The translations under genes were made by a program, and so were the position numbers. The notes under the pieces were generated by a model. That model had not been told where the DNA came from and searched no databases. It saw nothing but the letters and a program-made list of their open reading frames with translations. From Gemmatales bacterium (GTDB taxonomy: Bacteria > Planctomycetota > Planctomycetia > Gemmatales > HRBIN36), in the NCBI GenBank assembly GCA_041640595.1, contig JBEPZY010000001.1, positions 672,001-736,000 on the forward strand: 64,000 nucleotides of DNA. Reading direction: 5' to 3'. Below are positions 9,949 to 20,223 of this stretch, in pieces. The first letter of the stretch is position 1, and every line of letters begins with the position of its first letter.

Positions 9949-11778
9949 CTAATCTTCCTCGTCGTCACGGAGAACGGCCAAAAAAGCCTCTTGCGGAATT
10001 TCCACCTGGCCGACCTGTTTAAGCCGTTTTTTCCCTTCAGCTTGACGAGCCCAGAGCTTTCGCTTGCGGGTAATGTCGCCTCCATAGCATTTGGCGGTTA
10101 CGTTTTTGCGCAGCGGAGCAATCGTCTCGCGAGCGATGACACGGCTGCCAATGGCTGCCTGGATTGCTATCTCGAACTGGTGCCGGGCTATTTCCCGACG
10201 AAGCTTACGTACCAAAGCCCGGCCACGTCGTTCTGCCTGGCTGCGGTGCACAATTGTCGAAAGTGCATCCACTCGCTTTCCGTGCACCAAGATGTCCAGC
10301 TTGACCAGGTCCGCTGGTCGGTAGCCGATGAATTCATAGTCCATCGTACCGTAACCGTGCGTGATTGATTTCAGCTTGTCGTACAAGTCGTAGATCACCT
10401 CAGCCAATGGCATTTCGAAAACCAGCATGGCTCGAGTAGGGCTGAGGTATTCCGTGCGAATAAACGTGCCGCGCTTCTCGATACACAGTTGCATGATCGC
10501 CCCGATGTTCTCGGCAGGCACGATGAAATTGATCCGCACAATCGGCTCGCGGAACTCTGCAATCTGTCCGGCATCTGGTACGTCCTGCGGGGTTTGCACA
10601 TGAACCACTTCGCCGTTACGCTTGACGATTTCATACGTAACGTTCGGGGCCGTATGCACTAACTCCAGACCGCTTTCGCGTTCGATTCGCTCCTGGATGA
10701 TTTCCCGGTGGAGCATGCCCAGAAAACCGCACCGGAAACCGAACCCCAGTCCCTCGCTGGTCTCCGGTTGCCAGGTAAAACTCGAATCGTTCAGGCTCAA
10801 TCGCGCCAGCGCTTCGCGCAAAGCCTCGAAATCGGCATTGTTGACCGGATACAATCCGCTGTAAACCATCGGCTTGGGCTCTTTGTATCCGGGCAACGGT
10901 TCATCAGCGGGCTGACGGGCATCGGTGACGGTGTCGCCAATGCGGACGTCCTGGATGTTTTTGATTACAGCGGTCAGATAACCGACCTGACCCGGGCCGA
11001 GTGCATCGCACGGTTTCATCGCTGGACGAAACTGGCCGAGCTCCTGCACCTCGTATTCCCGCCCGGAACGCATAAACCGAATCCGCTGCCCCTGTCGCAA
11101 CACTCCCTCTTTGACCCGCACATACACCACCACGCCACGATAAGTGTCGAAATGACTGTTGAACACCAAGGCCCGCAGGGGTTGCTCAGGGCTACCGCTC
11201 GGAGGGGGAATGCGTTCGAGGATAGCCCGCATAACTTCCTCAACTCCCTGGCCGGTCTTGGCACTGCAAAAAAGCACATCCTTGGGGTCGATTGCCAGGC
11301 TATGTTCCATTTCCAAAACGGTCTCTTCCGGCCGGGCGATTGGCAGATCAATTTTGTTGACAACGGGCACGATAACCAGGCCTGCTTCCATCGCCAAAAA
11401 AGCGTTATGCACGGTTTGGGCTTGCACTCCCTGGGTAGCATCCACGAGCAAAATCGCCCCTTCGCAGGCCGCCAAACTCCGCGATACCTCGTAATTAAAA
11501 TCGGCGTGTCCCGGCGTATCAATCAGGTTCAGCTCGTAGGTTACCGATTTCTGGCCATCAGCCGATTCGCCGGCGGGAGCGTAGTAAATGGTCACCGGGT
11601 GCATCTGGATGGTGATGCCCCGCTCACGTTCCAGGTCCATGTCATCAAGAACCTGCTCCCGAAATTCCCGGGGACTGATCGCGCCAGTGCGCAGCAGGAA
11701 CTGGTCGGCAAGTGTGCTCTTGCCGTGGTCAATATGGGCAATAATGCAGAAATTACGAATTCGTTCCGTGGGCGTCAT
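9949..11778 (-). CDS. lepA: Translation elongation factor 4 (LepA)
   Basis: IAHIDHGKSTLAD, DTPGH, NKID, GFRCGFLGMLH, KCYGGDITRKRKL. Confidence 0.98.
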   Translation of the reverse strand: MTPTERIRNFCIIAHIDHGKSTLADQFLLRTGAISPREFREQVLDDMDLERERGITIQMHPVTIYYAPAGESADGQKSVTYELNLIDTPGHADFNYEVSRSLAACEGAILLVDATQGVQAQTVHNAFLAMEAGLVIVPVVNKIDLPIARPEETVLEMEHSLAIDPKDVLFCSAKTGQGVEEVMRAILERIPPPSGSPEQPLRALVFNSHFDTYRGVVVYVRVKEGVLRQGQRIRFMRSGREYEVQELGQFRPAMKPCDALGPGQVGYLTAVIKNIQDVRIGDTVTDARQPADEPLPGYKEPKPMVYSGLYPVNNADFEALREALARLSLNDSSFTWQPETSEGLGFGFRCGFLGMLHREIIQERIERESGLELVHTAPNVTYEIVKRNGEVVHVQTPQDVPDAGQIAEFREPIVRINFIVPAENIGAIMQLCIEKRGTFIRTEYLSPTRAMLVFEMPLAEVIYDLYDKLKSITHGYGTMDYEFIGYRPADLVKLDILVHGKRVDALSTIVHRSQAERRGRALVRKLRREIARHQFEIAIQAAIGSRVIARETIAPLRKNVTAKCYGGDITRKRKLWARQAEGKKRLKQVGQVEIPQEAFLAVLRDDEED

Positions 11779-12114
11779 AGTCGTTCATCGAACACACCGG
11801 GCACGTTCCTGGTGCTCATGCATTTTACGGTCATCAACGCAGGATCAGCAACCCGAACCGCCCCGAACACCAATCGGGAAGGTGTAGGCGCTGCTAACTG
11901 TGTTACTCCAGCTGATGCACCGGAGCGGGGAAGCCAGTGCCTTCGTCATCCACCAGGCTGGACGGTGCGCACTCAGCAAGGAGATTCACTTTGCGCACGC
12001 CAATTTACCGTGCTGGTGCCGGAATTGCCGACGCTTGCGATTTGTTTTGCGTCTTGGCCAATTGGGCAGCTGGCTTTGCTCCGTTGGCTGTCAGGGAAGG
12101 GTTATTTCGCCTTG

Positions 12115-12540
12115 CTATTTGATTTTCTTGAGGACCTTGCTTGCTCGGGCAGCATCGTCGGCATTGTCAAAAGCGAGAAAGCACACCCAGCGTTTGCCAA
12201 TCACGCCGGCAGAGACGCCGCGGAGATTGATCCCGGCTTCGCCCAGGGCTTGCGTAACCGCATGCAAGGCTCCGGGTTTATTCGGACCTTCCACACGCAG
12301 CGCTGCGATGTCTGAGGCGGGCACAAGTCCGGCGGCTTCAGCTGCCTTCTTCCCCTTTGCTGTGGTGATCGGCCCAAGGAAGACCACGCCTTTGCCGGGA
12401 ACATCCTGGCGACGCCGGGCAAAAGCGAATGCCAGGTCCACTTTGGCCTGTGCCAGCGGCGCCAGCTTTTCTGCCAGGGCTCCGGGCCGGTCGTCGATTT
12501 CCCCGGTGTACACGGTGATTTTTTGGACCTCAAGCGCCAT
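12115..12540 (-). CDS. Tandem ACT-domain protein
   Basis: Two ACT motifs (DDRPGALAEKLAPLAQAKVDL; NKPGALHAVTQALGEAGINL); GGAGG RBS before ATG 12540. Confidence 0.85.
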   Translation of the reverse strand: MALEVQKITVYTGEIDDRPGALAEKLAPLAQAKVDLAFAFARRRQDVPGKGVVFLGPITTAKGKKAAEAAGLVPASDIAALRVEGPNKPGALHAVTQALGEAGINLRGVSAGVIGKRWVCFLAFDNADDAARASKVLKKIK

Positions 12541-12828
12541 ACTACGCCTCCTTTGGAAAAGCCTTCGGGATTCGCCCATTTAGGATTATAATTGGAGCCA
12601 ATTAATTTGCCAGGGGCAAAATTCTGGTGCTTTAGCTCGGCGAACCAGATGCGACTGCCGACTGCTCGAGCGAAGAATGTCCAAAACCCAATTGTTACAC
12701 TACACTTGACGAAATCCCTATCAATAACAATAATTGCTTGCGATAACTGGCCAAATGACGGCGGCCTGCTAAACTAATTCCGCTGATGTCTCTTATCCAT
12801 TCATTTACCCTTCGCTGAGGAATGAGTC

Positions 12829-13203
12829 ATGGCCAAAGGTGCCGGGAAAGCACGGAAAAAACTACCGAAAGAACTGGCCGTCGTCTTCGCAGACAATTGC
12901 ACTGGCTGCGAGGCCTGTATCGAGGTTTGTCCCGTTGATTGCATTTACAAGATACCCGGCGAAGACCTTCCGCCTTTGCAGTCCTTCGTGGATATTGACC
13001 TGGAAAGGTGTATTGGCTGCCGACTTTGCGAACGGTGGTGCCCCTGGGACGCGATTGAGATGGTACCTACCGCCAGAGTCCACGAAGCCGTAGCTGTCAA
13101 AGGCGGCCCTCCCGCTTATGTCGAAAAAAACCAGGAACGACTCGTACAGGTTGCTCGGCAATTGGCCGAACTCTACGCCGAGCAACAATCCGCTAAGGCT
13201 TGA
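12829..13203 (+). CDS. 2x[4Fe-4S] ferredoxin-like protein
   Basis: CTGCEACIEVCP and CIGCRLCERWCP motifs; GAGG RBS. Confidence 0.9.
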   Translation: MAKGAGKARKKLPKELAVVFADNCTGCEACIEVCPVDCIYKIPGEDLPPLQSFVDIDLERCIGCRLCERWCPWDAIEMVPTARVHEAVAVKGGPPAYVEKNQERLVQVARQLAELYAEQQSAKA

Positions 13204-13246
13204 ACGCAATAGCAATTCGGAACGAGACACCTGGAGGAGCCAAGCT

Positions 13247-15010
13247 ATGCACCATTGCAAATGGACACTGGTTTGCGGCATGGGATTGCTTCTACTTCTC
13301 TCCGGCTGTTCGCGGGCAACGGATAGCGGTAACCGGGCGGAGGCCCAAAAGAAGCCTGTCACTCGGGAAACTTCCGGAACTGCCGGCCTGTCTCGCCCTG
13401 AGAACACGCGAACTGACCCCCAGAAAAAATCGGACGGTCAGGACGCCTCAGCTGGCAAGCAAATCCAAAATAACGCAGCTCAACCCGAACCGTTGAAGGT
13501 GAAACCTCACGAGCTGAATAGCGAGAAGAGTAAAGACGGCGAAATTCAGCCCGGTGCAGGTGCGACTACTCAGACCAGTGCCGGCCAAACCGTTACGCCC
13601 GATCCCGACGTCTTGCTACCGGATGAAAACGTGATGGAACCCTTCGAGCAGCAAGTTCCCATTTATTTCGTGAACCGGACCCAGCAACTTGAAGAATGGA
13701 ATAAGCTGCCGGCATTTTGGAACGAAGCCACGGAAAAGGTGATGCATCCAAAAACCGGTCAGATAATCGAACGGAAAGTGGTAAAGATCAAAGTGCCCCT
13801 GGGCCTTACGCAAAGCCCACCAGTGCCACCAGAAAATCCCCTCACTGTGAGCAAGTTTGTTTTGGGCAAAAAACTCTACTTCAGCCGAATCCTCTCTTCG
13901 GATAACTCCGTCTCGTGCTCCACCTGTCATCACCCCAACAAGGGATTTACGGACCAGTCTCCGGTGTCCACAGGTATCTTCGGGAAGCAGGGGACCGTCA
14001 GCGCTCCGACGGTCATGAACGCAGCATATAACCTTTTGCAGTTCTGGGATGGCCGGGCTGTCTCCCTTGAAGATCAGGCGCAAGGGCCAGTCCAAAATCC
14101 TCTGGAAATGTTCGATGGCAAGGGCAATGCCTGGCATGAAGCAGTCAAAAGATTGCGACAAAACACGGAGTTTGTTGAATTGTTCAAGCGTGCGTTTGGC
14201 CACTTGCCCACCCGGGATGCCAGCGCCAAAGCTATTGCCACTTACGAACGCCTGGTGTTAATCGGTAATTCCATCCACGACCGGGCAGAGCTAGCCATGC
14301 GTGAGCGTGTCGAGGCGGCCGGCGTACCGGATTTCACCATCCAGGCACAGGATTACGAGAAAGTCCTCAAAGACGCATTCACTCGTAAAGACAAGCACTC
14401 ACTCAGCCCGTTCCAGCTTGATCCAGAAAACGCTAAGGACCAGGAGAAAATTCCAGCACTGGCCAAGAGTATTGCCAACGGTCGCGCTCTGTTTTTCGGA
14501 AAAGCCCGTTGCAACCAGTGCCATGCGGGTGACAATTTCACAGATAACCAGTTCCATAACCTGGGAGTCGGATTCAAGGACGGTGCTAAGCTCTCCAAGG
14601 ATAACATCGGCCGATTCGGAGCACAAATGTTAGGCCATAAAGATCCCCAAGCCGTCGGCGCTTTCAAGACGCCTACATTACGCGGATTGCTCAGCACTGC
14701 CCCTTACATGCACGATGGTAGCGAAAAGACCCTGGAAGATGTCATCAACTTCTACGACCGAGGGGGCAACCCGAATCCCTGGCTTGACGCGAAAATGCGG
14801 GATATTGCCGCAGAACAAGCTTACCTCCGCGACCCCAAAAACTACAAGGGTCCGCAGGTTCACGTCTTCGACGGCAAACCAATCGTTCCTCTCCGCCTGA
14901 ATCTAACCGAGCAGGAAAAGCAAGACCTGGCCAATTTCCTGCGAGCTCTGCAAAGCGATCCTCCCGATCCCATCGTCGCTGATCCCAATAAGTTCCCGGC
15001 CGGGTATTAG
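13247..15010 (+). CDS. Diheme cytochrome c peroxidase/MauG superfamily lipoprotein
   Basis: Lipobox LSGC; hemes CSTCH and CNQCH; QFWDGRA; FKTPTLR..PYMHDGS; start at ATG 13247 after GGAGG. Confidence 0.9.
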   Translation: MHHCKWTLVCGMGLLLLLSGCSRATDSGNRAEAQKKPVTRETSGTAGLSRPENTRTDPQKKSDGQDASAGKQIQNNAAQPEPLKVKPHELNSEKSKDGEIQPGAGATTQTSAGQTVTPDPDVLLPDENVMEPFEQQVPIYFVNRTQQLEEWNKLPAFWNEATEKVMHPKTGQIIERKVVKIKVPLGLTQSPPVPPENPLTVSKFVLGKKLYFSRILSSDNSVSCSTCHHPNKGFTDQSPVSTGIFGKQGTVSAPTVMNAAYNLLQFWDGRAVSLEDQAQGPVQNPLEMFDGKGNAWHEAVKRLRQNTEFVELFKRAFGHLPTRDASAKAIATYERLVLIGNSIHDRAELAMRERVEAAGVPDFTIQAQDYEKVLKDAFTRKDKHSLSPFQLDPENAKDQEKIPALAKSIANGRALFFGKARCNQCHAGDNFTDNQFHNLGVGFKDGAKLSKDNIGRFGAQMLGHKDPQAVGAFKTPTLRGLLSTAPYMHDGSEKTLEDVINFYDRGGNPNPWLDAKMRDIAAEQAYLRDPKNYKGPQVHVFDGKPIVPLRLNLTEQEKQDLANFLRALQSDPPDPIVADPNKFPAGY

Positions 15011-15094
15011 CTCTGGCGATATTCCAGTGCTTGGAATAAACTAGCCCTGTCCGAACATTAGCTGATAACGGGACTAATAGCGGAGCCTATAAAC

Positions 15095-16006
15095 ATGCGC
15101 GGCTGGTTATTAACCGCTATGTGCGCGGTATCATTATTGGGATTCGCACAAGAAAACGATCCGTCCCGGCCAACCGCACGGGTGGTATTCGTAACTGGCG
15201 ATTGTGAGTATCGTTCAGAAATTACCATGCCCATGCTCGCTAAGATTCTGGAAACTCGGCATGGAATGCGTTGTACCATTTGTTACGCCATTGATGAAAA
15301 TACCGGCGAAATCAAACCAAAACACCTGACTAACATTCGTGGCCTGGAAGCACTCCGCGACGCTGATCTTGCTGTTTTCTTTATTCGTTATCGGCAATTG
15401 CCGCAAGAACAACTCAAATTAATTCTCGACTATGTTCATTCCGGCAAGCCGATCGTCGGGTTACGCACTTCTACCCATGCTTTTCGCTACCCGCCTGGTC
15501 CCAACGCTCGATGGAACGATGACTTTGGTCGGCTAGTTTTCGGTCAAAAATGGTTACGCCACCACGGACACGATTCGAGCACACTTGTCTATCTCGCACT
15601 CAAAGATCACCCGATCGCCCGCGGAATAGCCCCGGAATTTCACGTGCGTTCCTGGCTTTACCATGTCATGCCCCTTGAGGGAGACTGCACCATCTTGGCT
15701 AACGGTATAGCCGTCAAAGGCGATAAACCTTCTAAAGACGTCTTCGGCACCCCTAATCCCGTTGCCTGGACGAAGCATTTTCATAAAGCCCGTGTGTTCT
15801 TTACCACTCTGGGCCATCCTAAGGATTTTGAAGTGGAATCCGTGCGAAAGTTGCTTATCAATGGCATTTACTGGGCACTGGGGTGGGAAAATAAAATCCC
15901 CGAAAAAGGTTGCGATGCTGATTTTGTCGGCACTTATGTTGCGCCGCCAACTACTCAGGCCATTCCCGACCCGCTGTTACAGCTTGCACCGTATGCAGCA
16001 CGTTAA
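15095..16006 (+). CDS. Exported ThuA-like (class I GATase-like fold) protein
   Basis: Signal peptide; SGKPIVGLRTSTHAF, RVFFTTLGHPKDF, LLINGIYWALG are typical of ThuA domains. Confidence 0.8.
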   Translation: MRGWLLTAMCAVSLLGFAQENDPSRPTARVVFVTGDCEYRSEITMPMLAKILETRHGMRCTICYAIDENTGEIKPKHLTNIRGLEALRDADLAVFFIRYRQLPQEQLKLILDYVHSGKPIVGLRTSTHAFRYPPGPNARWNDDFGRLVFGQKWLRHHGHDSSTLVYLALKDHPIARGIAPEFHVRSWLYHVMPLEGDCTILANGIAVKGDKPSKDVFGTPNPVAWTKHFHKARVFFTTLGHPKDFEVESVRKLLINGIYWALGWENKIPEKGCDADFVGTYVAPPTTQAIPDPLLQLAPYAAR

Positions 16007-16215
16007 CGGCTTCTTATTTATGTTCGACCAGCGTGGTTTGCCTTGTTACATCAAACAAAACCGCTAGCACTGATTTTTCCAGCAGGGTTTGCTAAACCGC
16101 ATTCTTTTTAGCGACAGTGCAGTTCCGCCGTAACGGCTACTCCATCCAGGTGAAATACCGCCTTTTCCACGGCCGATTGTATCTAAGCAACAGACCCAGG
16201 ATCAAGGAAGAGGGC

Positions 16216-19200
16216 ATGCTGGTAAGGCGGCTATACAACTGGTTACGGCAGCTCCTTGCAACCAAGTACAACAGCAAACATCCTTGCCTTTCTCGCTATA
16301 CGCATCTACAATGCGAACTCCTCGAAAGCCGTGCCTGTCCTGCTGAATTGCGTCCATCACCGCTATCAGCCTCCTCGGAATTGCGTCCATCACCGGCTAC
16401 GCCTCCCGCGCTCACAGCACCCAGTTTCACTCGAACGATTCCTATCACAGGCCCAACCACCATTACCAGGCCGGGTGTCTATCAACTTCAGAACGATATC
16501 GTGGTTCAATCGGGTGTTGCGCTCACCATCGCCGCAAGCGATGTGGTGATCGATCTGAACGGTTATTCTCTTATCGGGCCTGGCTCTGCTAACACCACCA
16601 GTATCGGTATTTGGGCCAGCAACCGTGACCGGATAACGATTCGTAATGGCACCATTGATAATTTCTTCTATGGTGTGTATCTGTCTGACTCCGCCGATTA
16701 CGTTGTATCACGCGGGACTTATTTCGATCAGGGTGGCCATGTCATCGAAAACGTGCGATTCTATGGTAATACTTTCCGTGCTATTCGCGTAGAAGGCGTC
16801 GCCAATGTAATCCGTGATAACATCATTTACGATACAGGCGGTAGCCGGGTTTATAATCCCACTTATGCCGCCGCTATAGAAACTTATGGCCCGGGCACAG
16901 TTGTCGAAAACAACGTCATTTATAATATCCGAGGCAATGGCTACGGAATTCTTGTAAGCAACCTCGGTGCAGGTTCAACCATTCAAAACAATATCATTAC
17001 TGCGACCGCGTATGCTCCTGTACCGAATTACTCCGCACTTGTAGAAGGCTTGCACGATCAAGCTATTACCTACGCCATTGCTGTTCGTGGGCCGACGACC
17101 AACGCCATTGTGTCCGCAAATACGGTTGCTAATTTCGATTATGGCATAGCTTTTCTCGACTCCGCACGAGGACTCATCGCGGACAACTCTGTGGCAAACA
17201 CCGCAATCCCATTTTTCGCGCCCTCTGGGGCAGGACCTGTCGTTCTTTCGGACACAAATACAGCCGACCGGTTGGACTATATCGTAGCTTCCGCCAATGG
17301 TCTCATTAGATCATCGGGGCGCCTATCTTTATCGCCTGCTCCCCGTCGCTCTATATCTAACTCATCGGTCGGTTCCCAATCTGCCGTGCGGCGCATAACG
17401 ACACCGACAGTGATTACCCAGCCGGGTTACTATCGCCTCGATGCTGATCTACGTGTAAGTTCCGGAATAGCCATTCAGATCGAAAGCGACGACGTAATAA
17501 TTGACCTCAACGGCCACGCTTTGATTGGTCCGGGCACAGCTTCTAACACCGCGATCGGCGTCTATGCTACCGGACGCAGCCGCATTCGCATTACCAATGG
17601 TTCTATAAGCGGATTTCAATATGGCATATACTTGGCAGATGGAGCTGATGCAGTCCTAGCTGGACGAGCTATTTTCGATAGCAGCGGCCATGTTATAGAG
17701 AATGTCGGGCTTTATGGTAATACTTTCCGAGCCATCCGAGTCGAAGGTCGAGGTAACGTAATCCGCAATAACATCATAGAGGATACCGGCGGTTGCAATC
17801 TCTATAGTCCTACTCTTGCCGCAGGAGTGGAAGTGCTTGGCCCGGGCAATATTGTGGCTCAAAATCACATCTACGCTATGCGTGGGCAAGGCGTGGCCAT
17901 TTACGTGAGTGCCTTGGCGAGCGGAACCGTCGTGCAAGCTAACACCGTAACGCAAGCTGACCTCGGTCCGTCGGCCGCATATCGGCCTTCTTACGAGGGC
18001 CTGATCAACCAGGCTGTGACCTGGGGTATCCGTAACGATGCGAATGGCGACCCAGTTCTGGTCGTCAAGAACACAGTCGCCAACTTTACTTACAACGTCG
18101 GCTTTACAAGCCCAGCAACAGGACTTATAGATCGGAATGTCTCCGCCGGATCTTCCATACCCTATTTCGCAGCCAACTCTTCCGTCTATTTCGCCTCCAC
18201 AAATATCGCCGACCGTGTGCCTGTTCTGACCACGCAGGATACTAACATCGGAAACGGAAGCACTAGCAACCCGTCACCGGCCCGTATTGTGTTTGCCACT
18301 GGCGCTGGAGATGTCTATCCCGTCAGCGGGCCGATGACAATTACCCGACCAGGAATCTATGTCCTGCAACATGATATTCTCTATAGCGGTAACGGCTCAG
18401 CCATCACCATCAACACTAGCAACGTAACCCTTGATTTAAACGGCTATCAGATCATTGGTCCAGGAACATCGAGCAACACGGCCATTGGAGTTTATGCGCG
18501 GAACCGAGATCAAATCACAATCCGCAATGGTACTGTTCGGGGCTTTATGTATGGGATTTACATATCCGATGATTCCGACCGTGCGCTATCCGGTACCGGA
18601 TTCGATCAGGGACGTCACGTCATCGAAAATTTGCGGTTGATCGGCAATACCTTCAGAGGTATCCGCATAGAAGGGCGGGGTAACATGGTTCGTAATAACG
18701 TCGTAGAGGACACCGGCGGGACTTCCGTATATATTAGTCCAGTCGTTATGGGCATCGAGTCACTGGGTCCAGGAGCTTTGATAGCGGACAACTATGTTTA
18801 TGCCATCCGTGGCCATGGTTATGGCATTGCGGTGACAGGATATGGAGGCGGTACAATCATCGCTAACAATAAATTGAGTAATAGCAGTCTCTCGCCGACC
18901 TGGAGCTACAGGCCCGGGACAGATGGGGTGGTTTTTAACAGCAGCACCTATGGGATTTACGTTGGCGATAAAAACAACAGCGTGATTGTGCAGGATAATG
19001 ACATCATAAATTATAGGGTGGGAATCGCTTATCACCCGAATAGTGGCGGGTTAATTGCTGCTAATGCGATCACCCAGGCTCAAATAGCAATATATACTCC
19101 AGGGCGGCCCGATCCACTTGTAGTTCCTGCTCCGAATAACTCTATGGATCCGGGTAACGGCGTGGTAACCACGGAAATTGATTTACTCCCTACTAACAGC

Positions 19201-20160
19201 GCGACTGTCGCACCTTCGCAACTCAATGGCTATAGCGACGTAAGGCAAGGAGTCGTTCCTGTATATGCGCCGGTAGTAATCACCGCGCCGGGCAAATATG
19301 TTTTACAAAATGATATTAGGGTTACACGTGGGATAGGCATAGAAATTCGTGCCAGCGATGTCGTGATTGATCTCAATGGATTCAGCATCATAGGACCGGG
19401 CACTAAAGACACGAGGGCTATCGGTATCTACGCATTCAAGCAAAACCGCATTGAAATACGCAACGGCACAATCCAAGGTTTTTTGTATGGAGTGTTGCTT
19501 AGTGCTAATCAAGATAATGTGGTACGGAATCGCACCGGTTTCGCTAATGGTGGACACCTGATATCAAATTTGCGACTAGTGAATAACACTTTTAGAGGCA
19601 TGCGAATCGAAGGGCGCGGGAACATCGTGCGCAATAATTTGGTAATCAACACGGGTGGAACCAGCGTGCATCTAAGCGGATATGCTTTTGGGATTGAAGT
19701 TACAGGACCTGGGTCTCTGGTTGAGAACAACGTTGTTTATAACAGCATCGGTACAGGGCAAACAAGCGAGGGTGTAGGGATCAGCGTTTCGACGTTAGGT
19801 GGCGGGAGTGTGGTTCGCAGCAACATAGTGGCCAATAGCGGCTTATCACCGATTCCTAATTACGCACCCTGGCCTGGCGACTCGCCTTCTACGTGGGGTA
19901 TTTGGATCGGCGACACTGCGGGTGAGTCTGCCAAACCTAATAATACGTCGGGAATTCTGCATGCCAATCTTATTATCAATGCTCGATATGGAATAACCAT
20001 TCATCCAATGTCGAGGGGTTTAATGGCCAGAAACACTGCGGTGGGTGCCATTGTTCCGTTTTATACACCGGTTAGGATAGGTCCGCCCTTGAATTCAGCC
20101 GATGAGACTAACCAGGCGGACAAAAGTCCAGCAGTTTACACAGTTGAGGCAAACTATTAA
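16216..20160 (+). CDS. Large exported right-handed parallel beta-helix repeat protein with four tandem modules
   Basis: Start at ATG 16216; planctomycete export-type motif ELLESRACPA; four ~310-aa modules, each beginning ITxPGxYxLxxD..IxIxxSxVxxDLNG and containing NTFRxIRxEG. Confidence 0.85.
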   Translation: MLVRRLYNWLRQLLATKYNSKHPCLSRYTHLQCELLESRACPAELRPSPLSASSELRPSPATPPALTAPSFTRTIPITGPTTITRPGVYQLQNDIVVQSGVALTIAASDVVIDLNGYSLIGPGSANTTSIGIWASNRDRITIRNGTIDNFFYGVYLSDSADYVVSRGTYFDQGGHVIENVRFYGNTFRAIRVEGVANVIRDNIIYDTGGSRVYNPTYAAAIETYGPGTVVENNVIYNIRGNGYGILVSNLGAGSTIQNNIITATAYAPVPNYSALVEGLHDQAITYAIAVRGPTTNAIVSANTVANFDYGIAFLDSARGLIADNSVANTAIPFFAPSGAGPVVLSDTNTADRLDYIVASANGLIRSSGRLSLSPAPRRSISNSSVGSQSAVRRITTPTVITQPGYYRLDADLRVSSGIAIQIESDDVIIDLNGHALIGPGTASNTAIGVYATGRSRIRITNGSISGFQYGIYLADGADAVLAGRAIFDSSGHVIENVGLYGNTFRAIRVEGRGNVIRNNIIEDTGGCNLYSPTLAAGVEVLGPGNIVAQNHIYAMRGQGVAIYVSALASGTVVQANTVTQADLGPSAAYRPSYEGLINQAVTWGIRNDANGDPVLVVKNTVANFTYNVGFTSPATGLIDRNVSAGSSIPYFAANSSVYFASTNIADRVPVLTTQDTNIGNGSTSNPSPARIVFATGAGDVYPVSGPMTITRPGIYVLQHDILYSGNGSAITINTSNVTLDLNGYQIIGPGTSSNTAIGVYARNRDQITIRNGTVRGFMYGIYISDDSDRALSGTGFDQGRHVIENLRLIGNTFRGIRIEGRGNMVRNNVVEDTGGTSVYISPVVMGIESLGPGALIADNYVYAIRGHGYGIAVTGYGGGTIIANNKLSNSSLSPTWSYRPGTDGVVFNSSTYGIYVGDKNNSVIVQDNDIINYRVGIAYHPNSGGLIAANAITQAQIAIYTPGRPDPLVVPAPNNSMDPGNGVVTTEIDLLPTNSATVAPSQLNGYSDVRQGVVPVYAPVVITAPGKYVLQNDIRVTRGIGIEIRASDVVIDLNGFSIIGPGTKDTRAIGIYAFKQNRIEIRNGTIQGFLYGVLLSANQDNVVRNRTGFANGGHLISNLRLVNNTFRGMRIEGRGNIVRNNLVINTGGTSVHLSGYAFGIEVTGPGSLVENNVVYNSIGTGQTSEGVGISVSTLGGGSVVRSNIVANSGLSPIPNYAPWPGDSPSTWGIWIGDTAGESAKPNNTSGILHANLIINARYGITIHPMSRGLMARNTAVGAIVPFYTPVRIGPPLNSADETNQADKSPAVYTVEANY

Positions 20161-20223
20161 TAGTGGCTGACGCTGAGCGAGGTAAAAGCGTTTTGATGCG
20201 CTTGGTGCTGCGAAAATTACTCA

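Noticed and set aside
11779..12114. Structured RNA in the lepA leader
   Set aside because: No SRP, riboswitch or other known RNA signature was recognised.
10708..12315. Long antisense ORFs (10708-12315 +; also 25882-27558 -, 48527-49573 +, 4596-5471 +)
   Set aside because: Shadow frames of well-supported genes in GC-rich DNA, with no motifs.
12706..12724. FNR-like box TTGAC...ATCAA upstream of the ferredoxin
   Set aside because: Half-sites are 9 nt apart rather than 4; it may simply be a -35 element.
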